The position numbers and the translations under genes were made by a program. A stretch of 64,000 bases of DNA. Source: Eledone cirrhosa. Taxonomy: Eukaryota. This document shows, one piece after another, positions 13,123 to 28,145 of this stretch. The notes beneath the pieces are model-generated. The model was not told the DNA's origin, searched no databases, and saw only the letters and a list, made by a program, of their open reading frames with translations. The DNA lies in NCBI GenBank assembly GCA_964016885.1, contig OZ024743.1:119350001-119414000 (forward strand). The letters are read 5' to 3'. Numbering within the stretch: position 1 is the first letter of the stretch; each line of letters opens with the position of its first letter.

Positions 13123-13280
13123 GGTGGATTGGCAATATCGGTAGAGCGTCCGACACCATGCTTTGCAGCATGTTCAAGTCCCACTGAGGTTCACTTTGCC
13201 TTTCATCTTTAAGGGGTCGATAAAATAAGACACTAGTAATGCACTGGGATAATTGTTGGCCTTGTGCCAAAAGTAGAAAC
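13123..13280 (+). mobile_element. tRNA-derived SINE with an internal deletion
   Basis: Homologous to 8932-9125. Confidence 0.75.
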
Positions 13281-13317
<37 letters not shown>

Positions 13318-14870
13318 ATAGTAGGCAAGGTAATGGCGATAGTTTTACCTTCTTGAGTTTGGATTTTAGATCTCAACTAAACTACATACAGTTAAACTCT
13401 TTAAACACCACATGCACACGCCTTCTCTTAAATAGAGAAACACATACTACACGTAGCGGGTGTTAGCCCCAGTAAATGTGCATCGTAGTCCTGACTAACA
13501 AACATGCAGCTTAACATTTGATATGAACTAGTTCATGTGCACACTGCACAAAACATGTGTTAGATTGTATAATAAAGAATCAACATAATTCATTACAAAT
13601 CTTAACTCATGTGTACAGCAGTGAATTGTAGCTAATTGAATGTTGCTTTTGCGAGACAAGTGCAACTACAAAATATAAGCAAGTATACGTGGACATAAAC
13701 TGGGCGGGATAAAATGTCCAATCCATTGACGTTAACTCATCATTGATACAATCTCTCACCATAGTTATAGACATTTTATTTATTTCTATCGACAGCTGTG
13801 GAGCTGCTGTCACGACGTTTCCCATTCATCCCAACTTTGCAAATTGAGAAGGCGTCTTTATTATTGCAATAGTCACAGCTTTCTGATAATGAGATTTGTA
13901 GCTTTGAGAATCAAAACACCAGTCTTTATATATAAGTCTGTTCAATGAGCGCTGAATTGGGGCTAATAGATTTAAAGAGGTGCGAATGAAACTTTGGATT
14001 AGAAATATGCATGCGGTGAAGAAAAAAACCCATAGACCCAACAACTAAATTCATTAATTTCGGGGAAAAGAAATACGGGAAACAAACATTGACATGTTTC
14101 TATCTTATTAGATATTTTCAGCAAATCATAGACTTCACTGTATTTGCTAAACTAGTACTGAAAGAATCCCTATGTAAATTGTGTACATTCAATATCTTCA
14201 AATACCGTAATTACGAAGTCAAGATGGTTATATTTAAATAATAATAACATATATCCAAAATACAAATGAAATATGATAAAATTAAGAATATTACTACACT
14301 AATCAAGTGATAAATATATATCTAGATCACGCTTTATAGCAACGTTTTCCAGATATCAACACTTAACAGGCAGCAGTAGAACTCTCTATTCCAGCTTCAA
14401 GAGATACTTAGCAACACTTGCTATCGAACATTTCATATCGAACGCTTCATACGAAGATACGATATATTTTAATTCCGGAAAAATCAAGAAATTCACATTC
14501 CACTGAATAGCTTACGCTATGCTTACTACTAATACTGCTACTGCTGTTGCTGACGCTGCTACAACAACTACAACCCCCCTCCCATCCTACTACTACTACC
14601 AGTACCTGTTCTGCTAATACAATCTATAACCTCAATAACATGTAAATAAAAATATATATACCAATTATTAGACTTGCTGGTGAAATAGAGCGAAAACATC
14701 AAACGATTTGACTTCTTTCTTTCTTTCTTCCTCTACCTCCCCCCCCCTCTCTCTCTATATATATATATATGTGTGTGTGTATATATACATATATATATAT
14801 GTATATATATACACATATATATATATATATGTGTATATATATATATACATATATATATATGTATATATAT

Positions 14871-14949
<79 letters not shown>

Positions 14950-15242
14950 CGTCATTGTCAACAAAGTTGCTCTAAGTGATAGTTTTGGAAGTCGTGTGGC
15001 AACAACAAAGAGTTGTTTCATATTTCTCGCTACCCTTTTATGACTTTCGTTATAGATACGTCACAATCCTTGGTATGTAAGATACAATGCAAGGTACTGA
15101 ACCATTCACCATTACTTTAAGATTTATTCAGAGCTTCTTCAAATTTCTAGAGGCTCGTCCTAAACCATATGTACTGTTTGTAAATATCAAATTCAGCGAA
15201 GAACAAATCATCTTACGAGCATTTTAACCTATGTGTGACAAT

Positions 15243-15381
15243 GTGATCTGGTAGGTACGAATAAAAACCATAGTAGAGAAATTATCTCATGCTGTAAATG
15301 TATTATTGGACTTGGCAGATAATACATATACAGTATGAGATAAATTCTCTACTATGGTTTCTCTTTGTACCTACAAGATCA
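15243..15381. repeat. Imperfect ~63-bp-arm hairpin
   Basis: TGATCTGGTAGGTAC...AACCATAGTAGAGAAATTATCTCAT...TGTATTAT pairs with ATAATACA...ATGAGATAAATTCTCTACTATGGTT...GTACCTACAAGATCA. Confidence 0.7.
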
Positions 15382-17133
15382 CCATATTTGTGGATCACTG
15401 AGATTTGTGGATAGTAGTGTATTATTGAATTCCATCTTTTTAATTGGATTGGTTGTACAGAAAATAATATGTGAAACACAATTACCCCTAGAAAATATCT
15501 TCAAGGAAAGATTGTAGATGTTATAGCGGCTAGAATATTAGCTATTGGAAACAAGAAATCTCTTGCTAAGTGCAAAAATTGTGAAATGCTTGAAAGGGCT
15601 TTGAAATCTTTAGAAAATTTTCAGAAAAATAGGTGAAACTGGGGAAGAAATCACTAAAGACAAGAGCAATCAAGGAAGTATTCAATGGATCCGCAAATAT
15701 GCACTAACAGTGCATGTGTTAATAATTCAAGATGAAGGGAGTTTGCATCGTGAATATATAAACGGGAAAATTGTATTTCTTTGATAACGAACACATATTT
15801 CGGATAGTTTATTTTCATCAGATAATCTTCTAAAAATTGAGAGAAGGATCAAGAAAAATGCTTTGCTAGATTTGATTTGTCACAAAAGAAGCATTAGTCT
15901 GAACATCTTCGTCATTGGACTAGTTGTGATAGAAAGTAGGGTGGACAAATAGACTTAGGGAGTCCATGGCACGTGCATGGAAAACACTGTAAAAGTCAGG
16001 ATCCAAGAAACAGACAATACGATATAATTTCGAAACCTTCTTGTGTCGAACTTCCTAGTGGTTATCATGTTGTTGTTTACACCCAGCCCAGCCTTTATTG
16101 AGCAAAACTATAGTAAGAAACGTTCCAGACTTAACCATGCAGATTTTTTGCACTTATATAGCTTCCTTTACTTTTTGTAATAGTAAGTTGTGAATTGCTA
16201 TTTTTAGGAAATCAAACAGACGCATGAATCTTATTTGTTGTCGCGGACCTATCTCATTTTTCTCATTGTTATTATTACTATTTAGCTCCAGTGATGTGCT
16301 GGATTGGCAAAATCGTTAGAGCGAGTGGAAAACACCGTTTCGTTTCGTATTTAGTTACGATCCATTATGTTCTGAGTGCAAATGCCATCAGGGTCAATTT
16401 CATATGTTATCCTTCGGTAATAGACACAGTAAAGAACCAATCAGTAATGAGTTGATTTAATTGACCTCTGCCACCAAAAATTAGCTTTGTTATACATTAT
16501 CTAGCCCAAATCGGTCCTGATTGAAAAGTATCATCAAAAACATTTATGCTATTACATTTATCCTAGGAATAATAGACCTCGAACTACATTATACAATGTG
16601 TCTCATCTCCACTTACTTTGTAAGTCATCCAGGCGTAATTCGATTTTGACAGTTATAACTGGTAAGTGGAAAAATCCACGTACACTTTCGCTCTTTGGCT
16701 TGTCGTTAACATGCTTGTGTTATTATGAAAATATTGTAAATCATGGATTGAAGACGTCACGACAATACTAGTCCGTATACGGCTAACCAAGCAGAAATAG
16801 ACGTCAACTGTGACCGTGCAACTACATTTAGATGTTGCACTTTAAATTTGACACAAATGTACCTCAACCATGACTTTCACAATGGTAATACAAATGTAAC
16901 TTCAATAACTGAACGAAATTTGTGGGTTTTATTTTATTAGAACTACGATACCATAGTTAAACTATTACTATAGAGTGAGAACATATTTCAACTATACCAC
17001 TATAAAACGGATGATAGATCTCAATGGTCATTGTATGAATAGAAAATATACTGTCAGAGGAACACACACACACACACAATATGGATATCTACGCATATCC
17101 AACTATAAACACACACACACATATAACTATATT

Positions 17134-17186
<53 letters not shown>

Positions 17187-17554
17187 ATATGTGTGTGTTC
17201 TTGTGGTGTGTGCGTGTGTGTGTGTATGAATATGTGTGTATCTGTGGGTGTTTGCGTGTGTGTAACTAACTGTAAATAATATGGTATTATTGAAACTATA
17301 CGACAATCATTCTCACGGTGTAACTAGTTGGTTACGAAATTCTCGTCTTTACCACGAGATCCCGAGTTCAATCCCATTGCGTAGGACCAGGCAGAGACTA
17401 AGATGAGGAGTGACAGCTCATCGTTTCGAGACAATGGGGAACAGATAAAGACTGGAGAAAGAAAATAAAAATAAAAACGTCAGTCATAAAACAGGAAGTT
17501 CATCCAGAAAGACACCTACATCTACTGCACAGAGTACTTAATATTTACGGTGAT

Positions 17555-17763
17555 TAGGGTGATGGATTGACAGTATCGGTAGAACGTCGGATAACATGCT
17601 TTATAACATAGAGTTACGCCCCTTTATGATCTGAGTTCAAATTCTGCCGAAGTTAACTTTGCCTTTCATCTTTACGAGGCCGATAAAATAAAGTACCGGT
17701 AATGTACTGGGGTCCATTTAATCGACTTTCCCCTCCGCCCAAATTGTGCCTAAATCAGAAACA
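17555..17763 (+). mobile_element. tRNA-derived SINE with a 15-bp TSD
   Basis: Homologous to 8932-9125; AATATTTACGGTGAT duplicated at 17540-17554 and 17764-17778. Confidence 0.85.
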
Positions 17764-18211
17764 AATATTTACGGTGATCACAAAGAAAAATATGTTGCCT
17801 AGAAAAGGAATAATATTAACGAGGATGACTCAAATACGATGCTACATGATTATGAGAATAGAGACAAGAACTATGTGACCCTATACGATAGGCCATTGGT
17901 AAAAGCAATATCAGAGATCTATTAACATCCGAGGGATTGTATTCTAGATATTGTGGGGCTTTTGGCGTCTCGGTTAGGATATGACTGCCCACAAGCAATT
18001 TTAGAGAAGCTAGTTTGATGAAAATTATCAATGAGGAATGTTGTAAGAGCCGTGGAAATCCCTGCTCTTACCTAGTATGCTGCTTCTCCCTAATTTATTT
18101 ATTTATTTGCAAGTGTTCTGCATATGTAATTTTTAATGTCTTAATATTCTGTCATGTTTTCACAACACTTGTTTAAAAATGTGTGCGTGTGTACATCCTC
18201 ATTTTGTATTA

Positions 18212-18396
18212 CAGGTAAAATTCCGTTATAACGAATACCATTATAACGAATTTTTCAGTATAAAAGATCTTTTTTTTCAATCCCCGAGGTAATAAACAAA
18301 CGCTCGATTTATTTGGGTTGATCTCGTTATAAAGAATTTTTCGTTACAACGAATTTTTTTATACCCCGTGAATTTCGTTGTAACAGAATTTCATTG
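18212..18396. mobile_element. Tc1/mariner-superfamily (pogo/Tigger-like) MITE
   Basis: Imperfect TIRs CAGGTAAAATTCCGTTATAACGAA / TTCGTTGTAACAGAATTTCATTG, TA on both sides, repeated internal CGTTATAACGA motifs. Confidence 0.7.
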
Positions 18397-19454
18397 TATA
18401 TATTACGTATTACATATATATATGGGCTCTTGTGGACAATGAATATTACTTTAGTTGGCTGCGAACGTTCACTTTTTACGGTTCACATAAGTCCGCTTAG
18501 ACAATTTGTTTTTCCAGGATAACTTCTTTACCAACAAGGCGTTTTGAAATATTTACACGACCAGTCCATTACCTTAGACTGGAAAGTATTAATAACTTCT
18601 CCGAAACATTGTCATTAGATATTGTACAGTATGCATTTATTATTGCAAAAATCCATTTTGTTTTGTCTATTGATTTAATATTCTCACTTCTGCAATAGGA
18701 GAGAAAGCTTTAACTGTCAGATCTTTCGTAGTAAATACACTTATCCAACCCTCCATCCCCATTTTTGTCTTTGGAAACACAAACGTAATTTCAAAATTAC
18801 GGATAAAACTTAAACAAACAGTCACAGACAGTGAAGTCACAGACAGTGAAGATTTGATTAGTATAAAAGAAAAGGGGCAAAAATGCAAACTTAAATGTCA
18901 GTGTGAGGAGCCAAACAGAAACAGAGATCCAGGAAAATGAAAACAAATGCGAAAAGTTACCATACCTGACGCGAAAGAGTCTCCACAAAGAAAATATGTG
19001 GAAGAAAATGACAAATCCACGATTTAAAAGAAATCAAGAGCGGTTCCATAGTACTTCCAGAAAACACGCCGAAGCAGATCCTATTTATTCACACAGAGGA
19101 CGCTGTGAATACCGGAGAGAAACTCCGAGAATCCATCCCAACCATCTCTCGATCGTTTAATGTTAGGAAAGTGGTGAAGACAGGAAAAATGTGGAAAATC
19201 ACAGAAAACAGTAGAGTTATGAAAGAAGCGGGAAAGAAGGTGTGTAAGAGACAGATAGGATGGTGTGAGTAGATACTCACCTTCAAAGAGTGTCAGAATT
19301 CCACGGTAATCCAAATGGTAGGATAAAGATCCAATAACTCCTTGTGAAATCGTAGGGGCACCGTCATACGACGTGTCTAGGGCACTTTTAAACCTGGTGA
19401 AGCCCAACCCTCTTCAGGTCAGAAAACAGCCAAATTTTTCCGTAGAGGAAGAAT

Positions 19455-20160
19455 CGACCCCAGTACTGAACAGGTACTTTTTTATCGACATCGAAAGGAT
19501 GAAAGGCAAAGTTGACCACGGCGGGATTTGAACTCAGAGCGCGCCACTAAGTGGTAAAGCATTCTATAAGACGTCTAAATGACTCTGCCAATTCGCCAGA
19601 TGGCAGAAAGGTTAAAAAAACACAGAATACATACGGTTCTGATCGAGAAGGATGGTTAATTGTTTAAAACTACCATTAACTGTTTATCGGCAGCTAAAAA
19701 GAGCACCCAAAATATGTACAAATATCTCGGATTCGTTTATAATCGAGGATGCTCACAGGAAAATTAGTTGGGCCAAGGTTGTAGAGCGTGATAAAAATCA
19801 TGGATTGCCCTGATCCTAACTAGTTGGTGGTCTCTCACACCTTTGTGGGAAAGTTGATATTATTATAAGTATCATTTTTCTTACATATTGAATATTTTAT
19901 GCGTTTTAATAATACCTATAATTGGGTTTACCTCATTGCCCATTTATTAAATATATATATATATGCATGTATGTAGGTATATATGTCTGAAAAGGTAAAC
20001 AGTAATAACTGTTTCTACTTTTAGGCACAAGGCCAGCAATTACCCAGTGTATTACTGGTACTTTATTTTATCGACCCTGTAAGGATGAAAGGCAAAGTCA
20101 ACCTCGGCGGGATTTGAACTCAGATCGTAAAGGGACGTAACTATGCTGGAAAGCATGGCG
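19455..20160 (-). mobile_element. Two tRNA-derived SINE copies (19455-19610 and 20008-20160)
   Basis: Reverse-complement matches to the SINE core (GGATGAAAGGCAAAG...GGCGGGATTTGAACTCAGA). Confidence 0.7.
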
Positions 20161-20169
20161 TACAGTAAT

Positions 20170-20615
20170 AACAAAGATAACAAAACAAACGGCACAATAC
20201 ATGGAATAAATATATTAGTTTAACGCTTGAAACAGCATGAAGACAGTCTTAAGGTTTCGGACACAATTACTTCATTAGAAGATAGAGTTAGAAATAAAAG
20301 ATAAATAGAAAGTAAAGAGTGATAAGAGGAAGGAACGGGGGGGGGGGGGGGGCAAGAAAAAAAATGGGGAGAAAAAAAAACTATACTAGCACATTCAGTC
20401 GCCCATGAGATGTCAACATGAATGGACCTGTTATCTTTATCTCAAGACATTTTTTCCAATTCCAACTCCGCCGGTCCCCTCAATCTATCTTATTTCTCAT
20501 TCTTTCTTCTGATGAAGGACTAGCGTCCGAAACGTTAAGACCCTCTTCCTGCTATATCAAACGTTAACCTAATATATCCCTTCCATATACTGTACCGATT
20601 GTGTTGTTATTTCTG
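20170..20615. mobile_element. Old PLE-derived fold-back with diverged arms
   Basis: Arms ~20170-20305 and ~20485-20615 are reverse-complementary with many mismatches; the right arm holds a hammerhead. Confidence 0.65.
20505..20540 (+). ncRNA. Type I minimal hammerhead ribozyme
   Basis: TCTT-CTGATGA-A-GGAC-TAGC-GTCC-GAAACGTT-AAGA: stem I TCTT/AAGA, stem II GGAC/GTCC, palindromic AACGTT. Confidence 0.8.
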
Positions 20616-20625
20616 TTTACCTTTT

Positions 20626-22220
<1,595 letters not shown>

Positions 22221-22242
22221 TCAAGGTGTTTTACATAATAAT

Positions 22243-22429
22243 TGTTTCTACTTTTGGCACAAGGCCAGCAATTACCCAGTTCATGACTGGTACTTTATTT
22301 TATCGACCTCGTAAGGATGAAAGGCAAAGTTAACCTTTGCGGGATTTGAACTCAGAATGGAAAGGGCCGTAACTCTATGCGTCAAAGCATGGCGTCCGAC
22401 CCTCTACCGATACTGCCAATCCACCGCCT
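22243..22429 (-). mobile_element. tRNA-derived SINE, full length, with an 18-bp TSD
   Basis: GGTGTTTTACATAATAAT at 22225-22242 and 22430-22447. Confidence 0.9.
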
Positions 22430-22559
22430 GGTGTTTTACATAATAATAACAATGTTAATAATCGTGTCATTATTGTTGTGTACATGAGCTTGTATATAAG
22501 TACATATGTGTGTGTATATATATATATATGTGGTTACCTCCGATTCAACCCGGAATAAC

Positions 22560-22604
<45 letters not shown>

Positions 22605-22610
<6 letters not shown>

Positions 22611-23081
22611 TAAACGGAATAGAAAATGCTGACAAATTGTTCACAGTTGAAAAATGGTTTAATTAGGAATAAAAGAGTATTAGTGATTGTATGGGTTAGT
22701 ATTCAGTTGTGGTTTTAAGTTTTTAAGCTTTTACCGGTTGCGCATTTCTAAATGCTTTTCAAAAATAATTTTGAGATAGAGTGTCCGTGCTGTTTGCTCT
22801 GATCTGATTAGTTTTTGGAATTCTACCTGTTTTTATGTTAAAAAAGTGGCTCCAGCGTTACTTTGGTGTTGCAAAAATTCTTGTGGTCAAAACAATTTTG
22901 ATTAGTCGGTAGAGCTCATGTGAATGTAAAAAATTGATTTTGCGCCAAGACTGTTTTTATGTTAAAAAAGTGGCTCCAGCAAAAATTCTTGTGGTCAAAA
23001 CAATTTTGATTGGTCGGTAGAGGTCATGTGAATAAAAAAATGGTTTTGCGCCAAGATTGAGAAATGACTCTTTCACAACAA

Positions 23082-23143
<62 letters not shown>

Positions 23144-23218
23144 TAGTAGTAGTAGTAGTAAGGTGTTCGATGTTGTGATAATGGTTAGCAGCGATGTGTG
23201 TCAAATGGCTATTAAGAT

Positions 23219-23309
<91 letters not shown>

Positions 23310-25695
23310 GCAGAGTGATTCGTGGTGGCAGGGATGGTCAGTAAGAATGTGTCTGAAAGCAATGGGGGGTATTTTAGCATGTCAAAAGATATTTTTCAGC
23401 TTTTGTCTTATACGGAGAAGTGCGTGTGTGTGTGTGTGTGTGTATATAATAATTATTCATCACAGACTTCACAAGTAAATCCAGCCTTTTCTACGTTATC
23501 CCTAAAGTACATAAAAGCGAATCAATAAGTAAGGCATGCAAGGAAGCCACAGACATAGTCATCAATGTCCCCTCACCCAATGATCTCAAATTAAGACCTA
23601 CAATAGCAGGCCCCGCTTGCGAAACGCACCGTCTTAGCAACTTCATTGATACTCTTCTCAAACCCTTCCTCAAGCACATCAAAAGCTATATAAGGGACGA
23701 CCTAGATATGCTCAATCACCTCCCTAATATGCCACTTTCTGAACAAACCCTACTAGTGACGTTCGATGTAGTCAACCTATACTCCAACATCCCCCACAAC
23801 CTAGGAATAGAAGCTATCCAATTCTGGCTGGATAATTTCCACAATGAACTCCCACAACGCATCAAAAAAGAATTCGTGATAGAGGGACTCAAATTTATCT
23901 TGGAGAACAATTACTTCGTTTTCAATAACAAACCCTACAGGCAGAAATCTGGGACCGCTATGGGAACGAAAACAGCCCCCACTTATGCCAACCTAGTCAT
24001 GGGATACCTGGAAATCACCCTCTACACTAAAGTCCTAAACAAATTTGGAAACACCCTCCACTTACACATTGAAAGGAACTGGAAGCGATATCTAGATGAC
24101 TGCTTCATCCTTTGGCACGAAAACATCGAAAAACTTAAAGAATTTCACACCCTTATAAATGGGCTCAACACAAATATTAACTTCACGATGGAATACAGCC
24201 ATCAACAACTCCCCTTCCTCGACAACCTCATTAAGATCCATAACAAAAAAATAGAAACAAACATATACTACAAGCCCACAGACTCCAAGCAATATCTCCC
24301 CTTCAACTCTTGCCACCCTAGACACGTTAAAATTAATATTCCCTACAACTTAGCCAAGAGAATCTGTACTATAGTCTCCAATAAAAACATCTGCTACTTA
24401 CGGCTACAAGAACTAAAGGACACACTCATAGGCAGGGACTACCCTGCATCACTAATTGACAATGGAATCCAACGTGCCCTAAAACTCAGTACCCAGGACC
24501 TTAGACACCCTAAAGTAAATCAACCAAAACTAAAAGCTCTTCCATACATCTCCACACACAACCCCCTCAACAATGAGGCCTTTGACACCATCCTCCAGAA
24601 CATCCCTGTATTGAAAAAGGACCATAGAATGAACCAAATTCTACGAACACACGATATCATAAAGAGCAAAAGACAATCCAAGTCAATGAAAAACATCTTA
24701 ACACATGCCAAAGTACTGCCAACCACAACAACGAAACCCACAGTAAAAAAATGCGATAGACCCAACTGTGGCATTTGCATCAACCTAATAGAGGGTTCGG
24801 AATTCTATTTCAAAGATGGGCAACGTTTTATAGTAAAACACAATTTCACATGTGCATCGGAAAATCTAATATATGTATTAACTTGTTCAGGTTGTCGAGA
24901 ACAATACATAGGCCAGACCAAAAACAGCCTCCGCCAACGCATGACTGTCCATAGATCCCAAATTAAAATACGGGAATACAGGAAAATACCACTGAGTGAA
25001 CACATTGATACCTGTGCCGCCCAAAATCATCCCAACTTCAGAATCTTTCCCCTCTACAAATTTAAAGATATTGCCACCCACACCCAGCGCATCAGCAAAG
25101 AATCTTACTTCATTAACAAATACGGACCCCGTCTAAACACTTCTCCCTAAGACGAACCCACAACACATACACACGTCAACATACATACCTACATCAGCAC
25201 ACATCTCTACCCACATATAAACACAATGACATACGTAAACACACATGCTCTATGGTGCAACACAAAAAAATATATGTGCATATATATATGTATATATATG
25301 TATATATGTATATATATATATATATATATATAGTGAATATATGTATGTGTGTATGTATATAGTGAATATCATTTCACACCTTTTATTGTTAAGATTTTTG
25401 ATGTTCTATTAAGAGAACCGATTTTACTGAAAAAATCGAATAATGTACACCATTTTACCAGGGGGAAAAAATACTGGTCCCCCCCCCCCCCCCCACACAC
25501 ACACATATATATACACACACACATACACACGCGTACATCAACATACAAAGAGACTTATATACACACACACACACACACGCACTTCTCCGTATAAGACAAA
25601 AACTGAAAAATATCTTTTGACATGCTAAAATACCCCCCATTGCTTTCAGACACATTCTTACTGACCATCCCTGCCACCACGAATCACTCTGCTAT

Positions 25696-25757
<62 letters not shown>

Positions 25758-25826
25758 ATCTTAATAGCCATTTGACACACATCGCTGCTAACCATTATCA
25801 CAACATCGAACACCTTACTACTACTA

Positions 25827-25864
<38 letters not shown>

Positions 25865-26266
25865 TTGTTGTGAAAGAGTCATTTCTCAATCTTGGCGCAA
25901 AACCAATTTTTTATTCACATGACCTCTACCGACCAATCAAAATTGTTTTGACCACAAGAATTTTTGCAACACCAAAGTAACGCTGGAGCCACTTTTTTAA
26001 CATAAAAACAGGTAGAATTCCAAAAACTAATCAGATCAGAGCAAACAGCACGGACACTCTATCTCAAAATTATTTTTGAAAAGCATTTAGAAATACGCAA
26101 CCGGTAAAAACTTAAAAACTTAAAACCACAACTGAATACTAACCCATACAATCACTAATACTCCTTTATTCCTAATTAAACCATTTTTCAACTGTGAACA
26201 ATTTGTCAGCATTTTCTATTCCGTTTACCAATATATAATAACTTGTGTGTTACACCTCTATTCTTT

Positions 26267-26270
<4 letters not shown>
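22605..26270 (+). mobile_element. Neptune-like PLE, 5'-truncated, preceded by an inverted copy of its 3' UTR
   Basis: 22605-23447 is the reverse complement of ~25555-26235 with an extra ~110-bp duplication; RT+GIY-YIG ORF in between; (TA)n flanks; short tail 26236-26270. Confidence 0.9.
23453..25150 (+). CDS. PLE reverse transcriptase plus GIY-YIG endonuclease (5'-truncated, uninterrupted frame)
   Basis: The frame is open upstream of the annotated Met: FYVIPKVHK, LRPTIAG, DVVNLYSNI, GTAMGT, RYLDD, LPFLD, YYKPTD, Cys linker CDRPNCGIC, LIYVLTC..C...YIGQT. Confidence 0.92.
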   Translation, partial: LFITDFTSKSSLFYVIPKVHKSESISKACKEATDIVINVPSPNDLKLRPTIAGPACETHRLSNFIDTLLKPFLKHIKSYIRDDLDMLNHLPNMPLSEQTLLVTFDVVNLYSNIPHNLGIEAIQFWLDNFHNELPQRIKKEFVIEGLKFILENNYFVFNNKPYRQKSGTAMGTKTAPTYANLVMGYLEITLYTKVLNKFGNTLHLHIERNWKRYLDDCFILWHENIEKLKEFHTLINGLNTNINFTMEYSHQQLPFLDNLIKIHNKKIETNIYYKPTDSKQYLPFNSCHPRHVKINIPYNLAKRICTIVSNKNICYLRLQELKDTLIGRDYPASLIDNGIQRALKLSTQDLRHPKVNQPKLKALPYISTHNPLNNEAFDTILQNIPVLKKDHRMNQILRTHDIIKSKRQSKSMKNILTHAKVLPTTTTKPTVKKCDRPNCGICINLIEGSEFYFKDGQRFIVKHNFTCASENLIYVLTCSGCREQYIGQTKNSLRQRMTVHRSQIKIREYRKIPLSEHIDTCAAQNHPNFRIFPLYKFKDIATHTQRISKESYFINKYGPRLNTSP

Positions 26271-26364
<94 letters not shown>

Positions 26365-26557
26365 TGTCTGTGTGCCTGGGTGTATGTCTGATTGTAGTTT
26401 GTGTGTGGGTTTATGGGCGTGCGCGCATGTACACATGAATGTTACCAGTGAAAGGTTTTTCTTGCAATTATTGTACAGGTGGTCAAATTTGACACAAGGT
26501 TTTAAAGATTACAAAGAAACTTCTTTCATACGTCCACAGAGTTAGTTAGATAGAGAG

Positions 26558-26618
<61 letters not shown>

Positions 26619-26622
<4 letters not shown>

Positions 26623-27090
26623 AACCAGTAAGACCCCGACGGCTGAGCTCATGCTGTTTCGACGGCTAATTCTAATTTATCCTGGTATTTAAATAGCCGA
26701 GCTTCTCAAGGGGTAATTCCATATATGGTCAAAGTGATTGTCAAAAGGTAGTAGTAATTCTGTGATTGCAAATTAGTAGGGGAGATGGTGGCTAAGCCTG
26801 CCAGTAGGAGAAAAAGGGGAGGGGTGGAGTAGACCCAATCACGCGTTGGTAGTGCCAGCTACAGCTGGGCATAAGGTCAAAGAAGATACTGGGGAGGGGG
26901 AGGGGGAGGAAATCGAAACGGTAGGTAGAACAATGAGGGGTATAAAATATATATATGAAAGAAAAAATACTGAGAGTGATGAAAAGCGAATAAGTGTAAA
27001 GAGAAAAGAGTATAAAAGCAAGTTCTACGACCTAAGTCTCTAGCTATTGTTAGGCTAGAAAAATAAAGAAAGAAAGAAAGAAAGAAATAA
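26619..27090 (-). mobile_element. Longer family A PLE 3'-end fragment with a complete variant hammerhead (26633-26714)
   Basis: Minus: ACCCC-TTGAGAA-[CGGCTA...TAGCCG]-GAAA-CAGCATGAGCTCAGCCG-TC-GGGGT. Confidence 0.7.
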
Positions 27091-27125
<35 letters not shown>

Positions 27126-27699
27126 TATATATATATATATATATATATGTTTGAGAGCTTCTATTTAGAATGCCCAGCGGAAATATTTTTCCTTTGTTAA
27201 CATTTTGAATTTACCCGCCAAAAATCGGGGGTTCCTTCCCTTGTTGGAAATAACACGTGACAATGAAATGATTGAAGGCTGTATATTGTGGCGGTCGCAT
27301 TTAGTTAATGTTCACACCAATTTGAGGCAAAAGAACGGAATCCCTGTTGATGAAGTGAATCCCCTGTTCGATCATGGAATACCACAAGTTTACGTGTTAC
27401 GTAAGTTGGATAGATGATTTCGCACTCATAGAAACATATCGGACGTATTGCAGAATATCCTTCGACATGTCCCGGTCTGTTGTTTTACTTGATTAGTTCT
27501 TTCGTTGTTTTTGGTATTGTATGGTTGGGTTTTGCCTACCGCAATTTTCAATTTGTCAAGCTTTTAAACGTAATGTTATTACTCAACGGATACTCAAAGG
27601 ATACCCTTATTGAGTGCTTTGCTACTCATTGCTTATTGTAGGTCGGCTTTGCTTGGCCACAGCCAAAGCTTCGATTTTACTAAGCTTCCAGTAATATTA

Positions 27700-27953
27700 A
27701 TAAATTTAAAGACTAAAATCCAAAGAGGACTCAATTAGGATGAATATATATCAAATATATAAGAACCCTAGAGCAAATATTTATTAAAATAGCAGATTAA
27801 TGTTTAAGCAAAGAATCGCTGCTTTCCCCCTTAGCGGGATCTTCTGAAACTAAAAAAATCAACCTGTGAACGCAGAAGTAAATATTTAGAAAAACGTTGC
27901 AACCGAAGGAAAACAGGAAGACGATACTTTGGTTCCTGAAGACGTTCCCTGGC
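27700..27953 (-). mobile_element. Family E insert with tail and hammerhead (27801-27851)
   Basis: Homologous to 54830-55090. Confidence 0.75.
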
Positions 27954-28000
27954 ATATATACACATATATATATAAATATATATATACATATATATAAATA

Positions 28001-28055
<55 letters not shown>

Positions 28056-28057
28056 TC

Positions 28058-28145
<88 letters not shown>

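Noticed and set aside
15430-15960. Coding-like decayed sequence (also 17800-18080 and 170-480)
   Set aside because: Only short open stretches and no motif I can name.
17310-17390. tRNA-like sequence with B-box GAGTTCAATCCC
   Set aside because: No complete cloverleaf; more likely an eroded SINE head than a tRNA gene.
18750-19420. Purine-rich stretch resembling a decayed LINE ORF1
   Set aside because: Several stops and no diagnostic motif, so it cannot be assigned.
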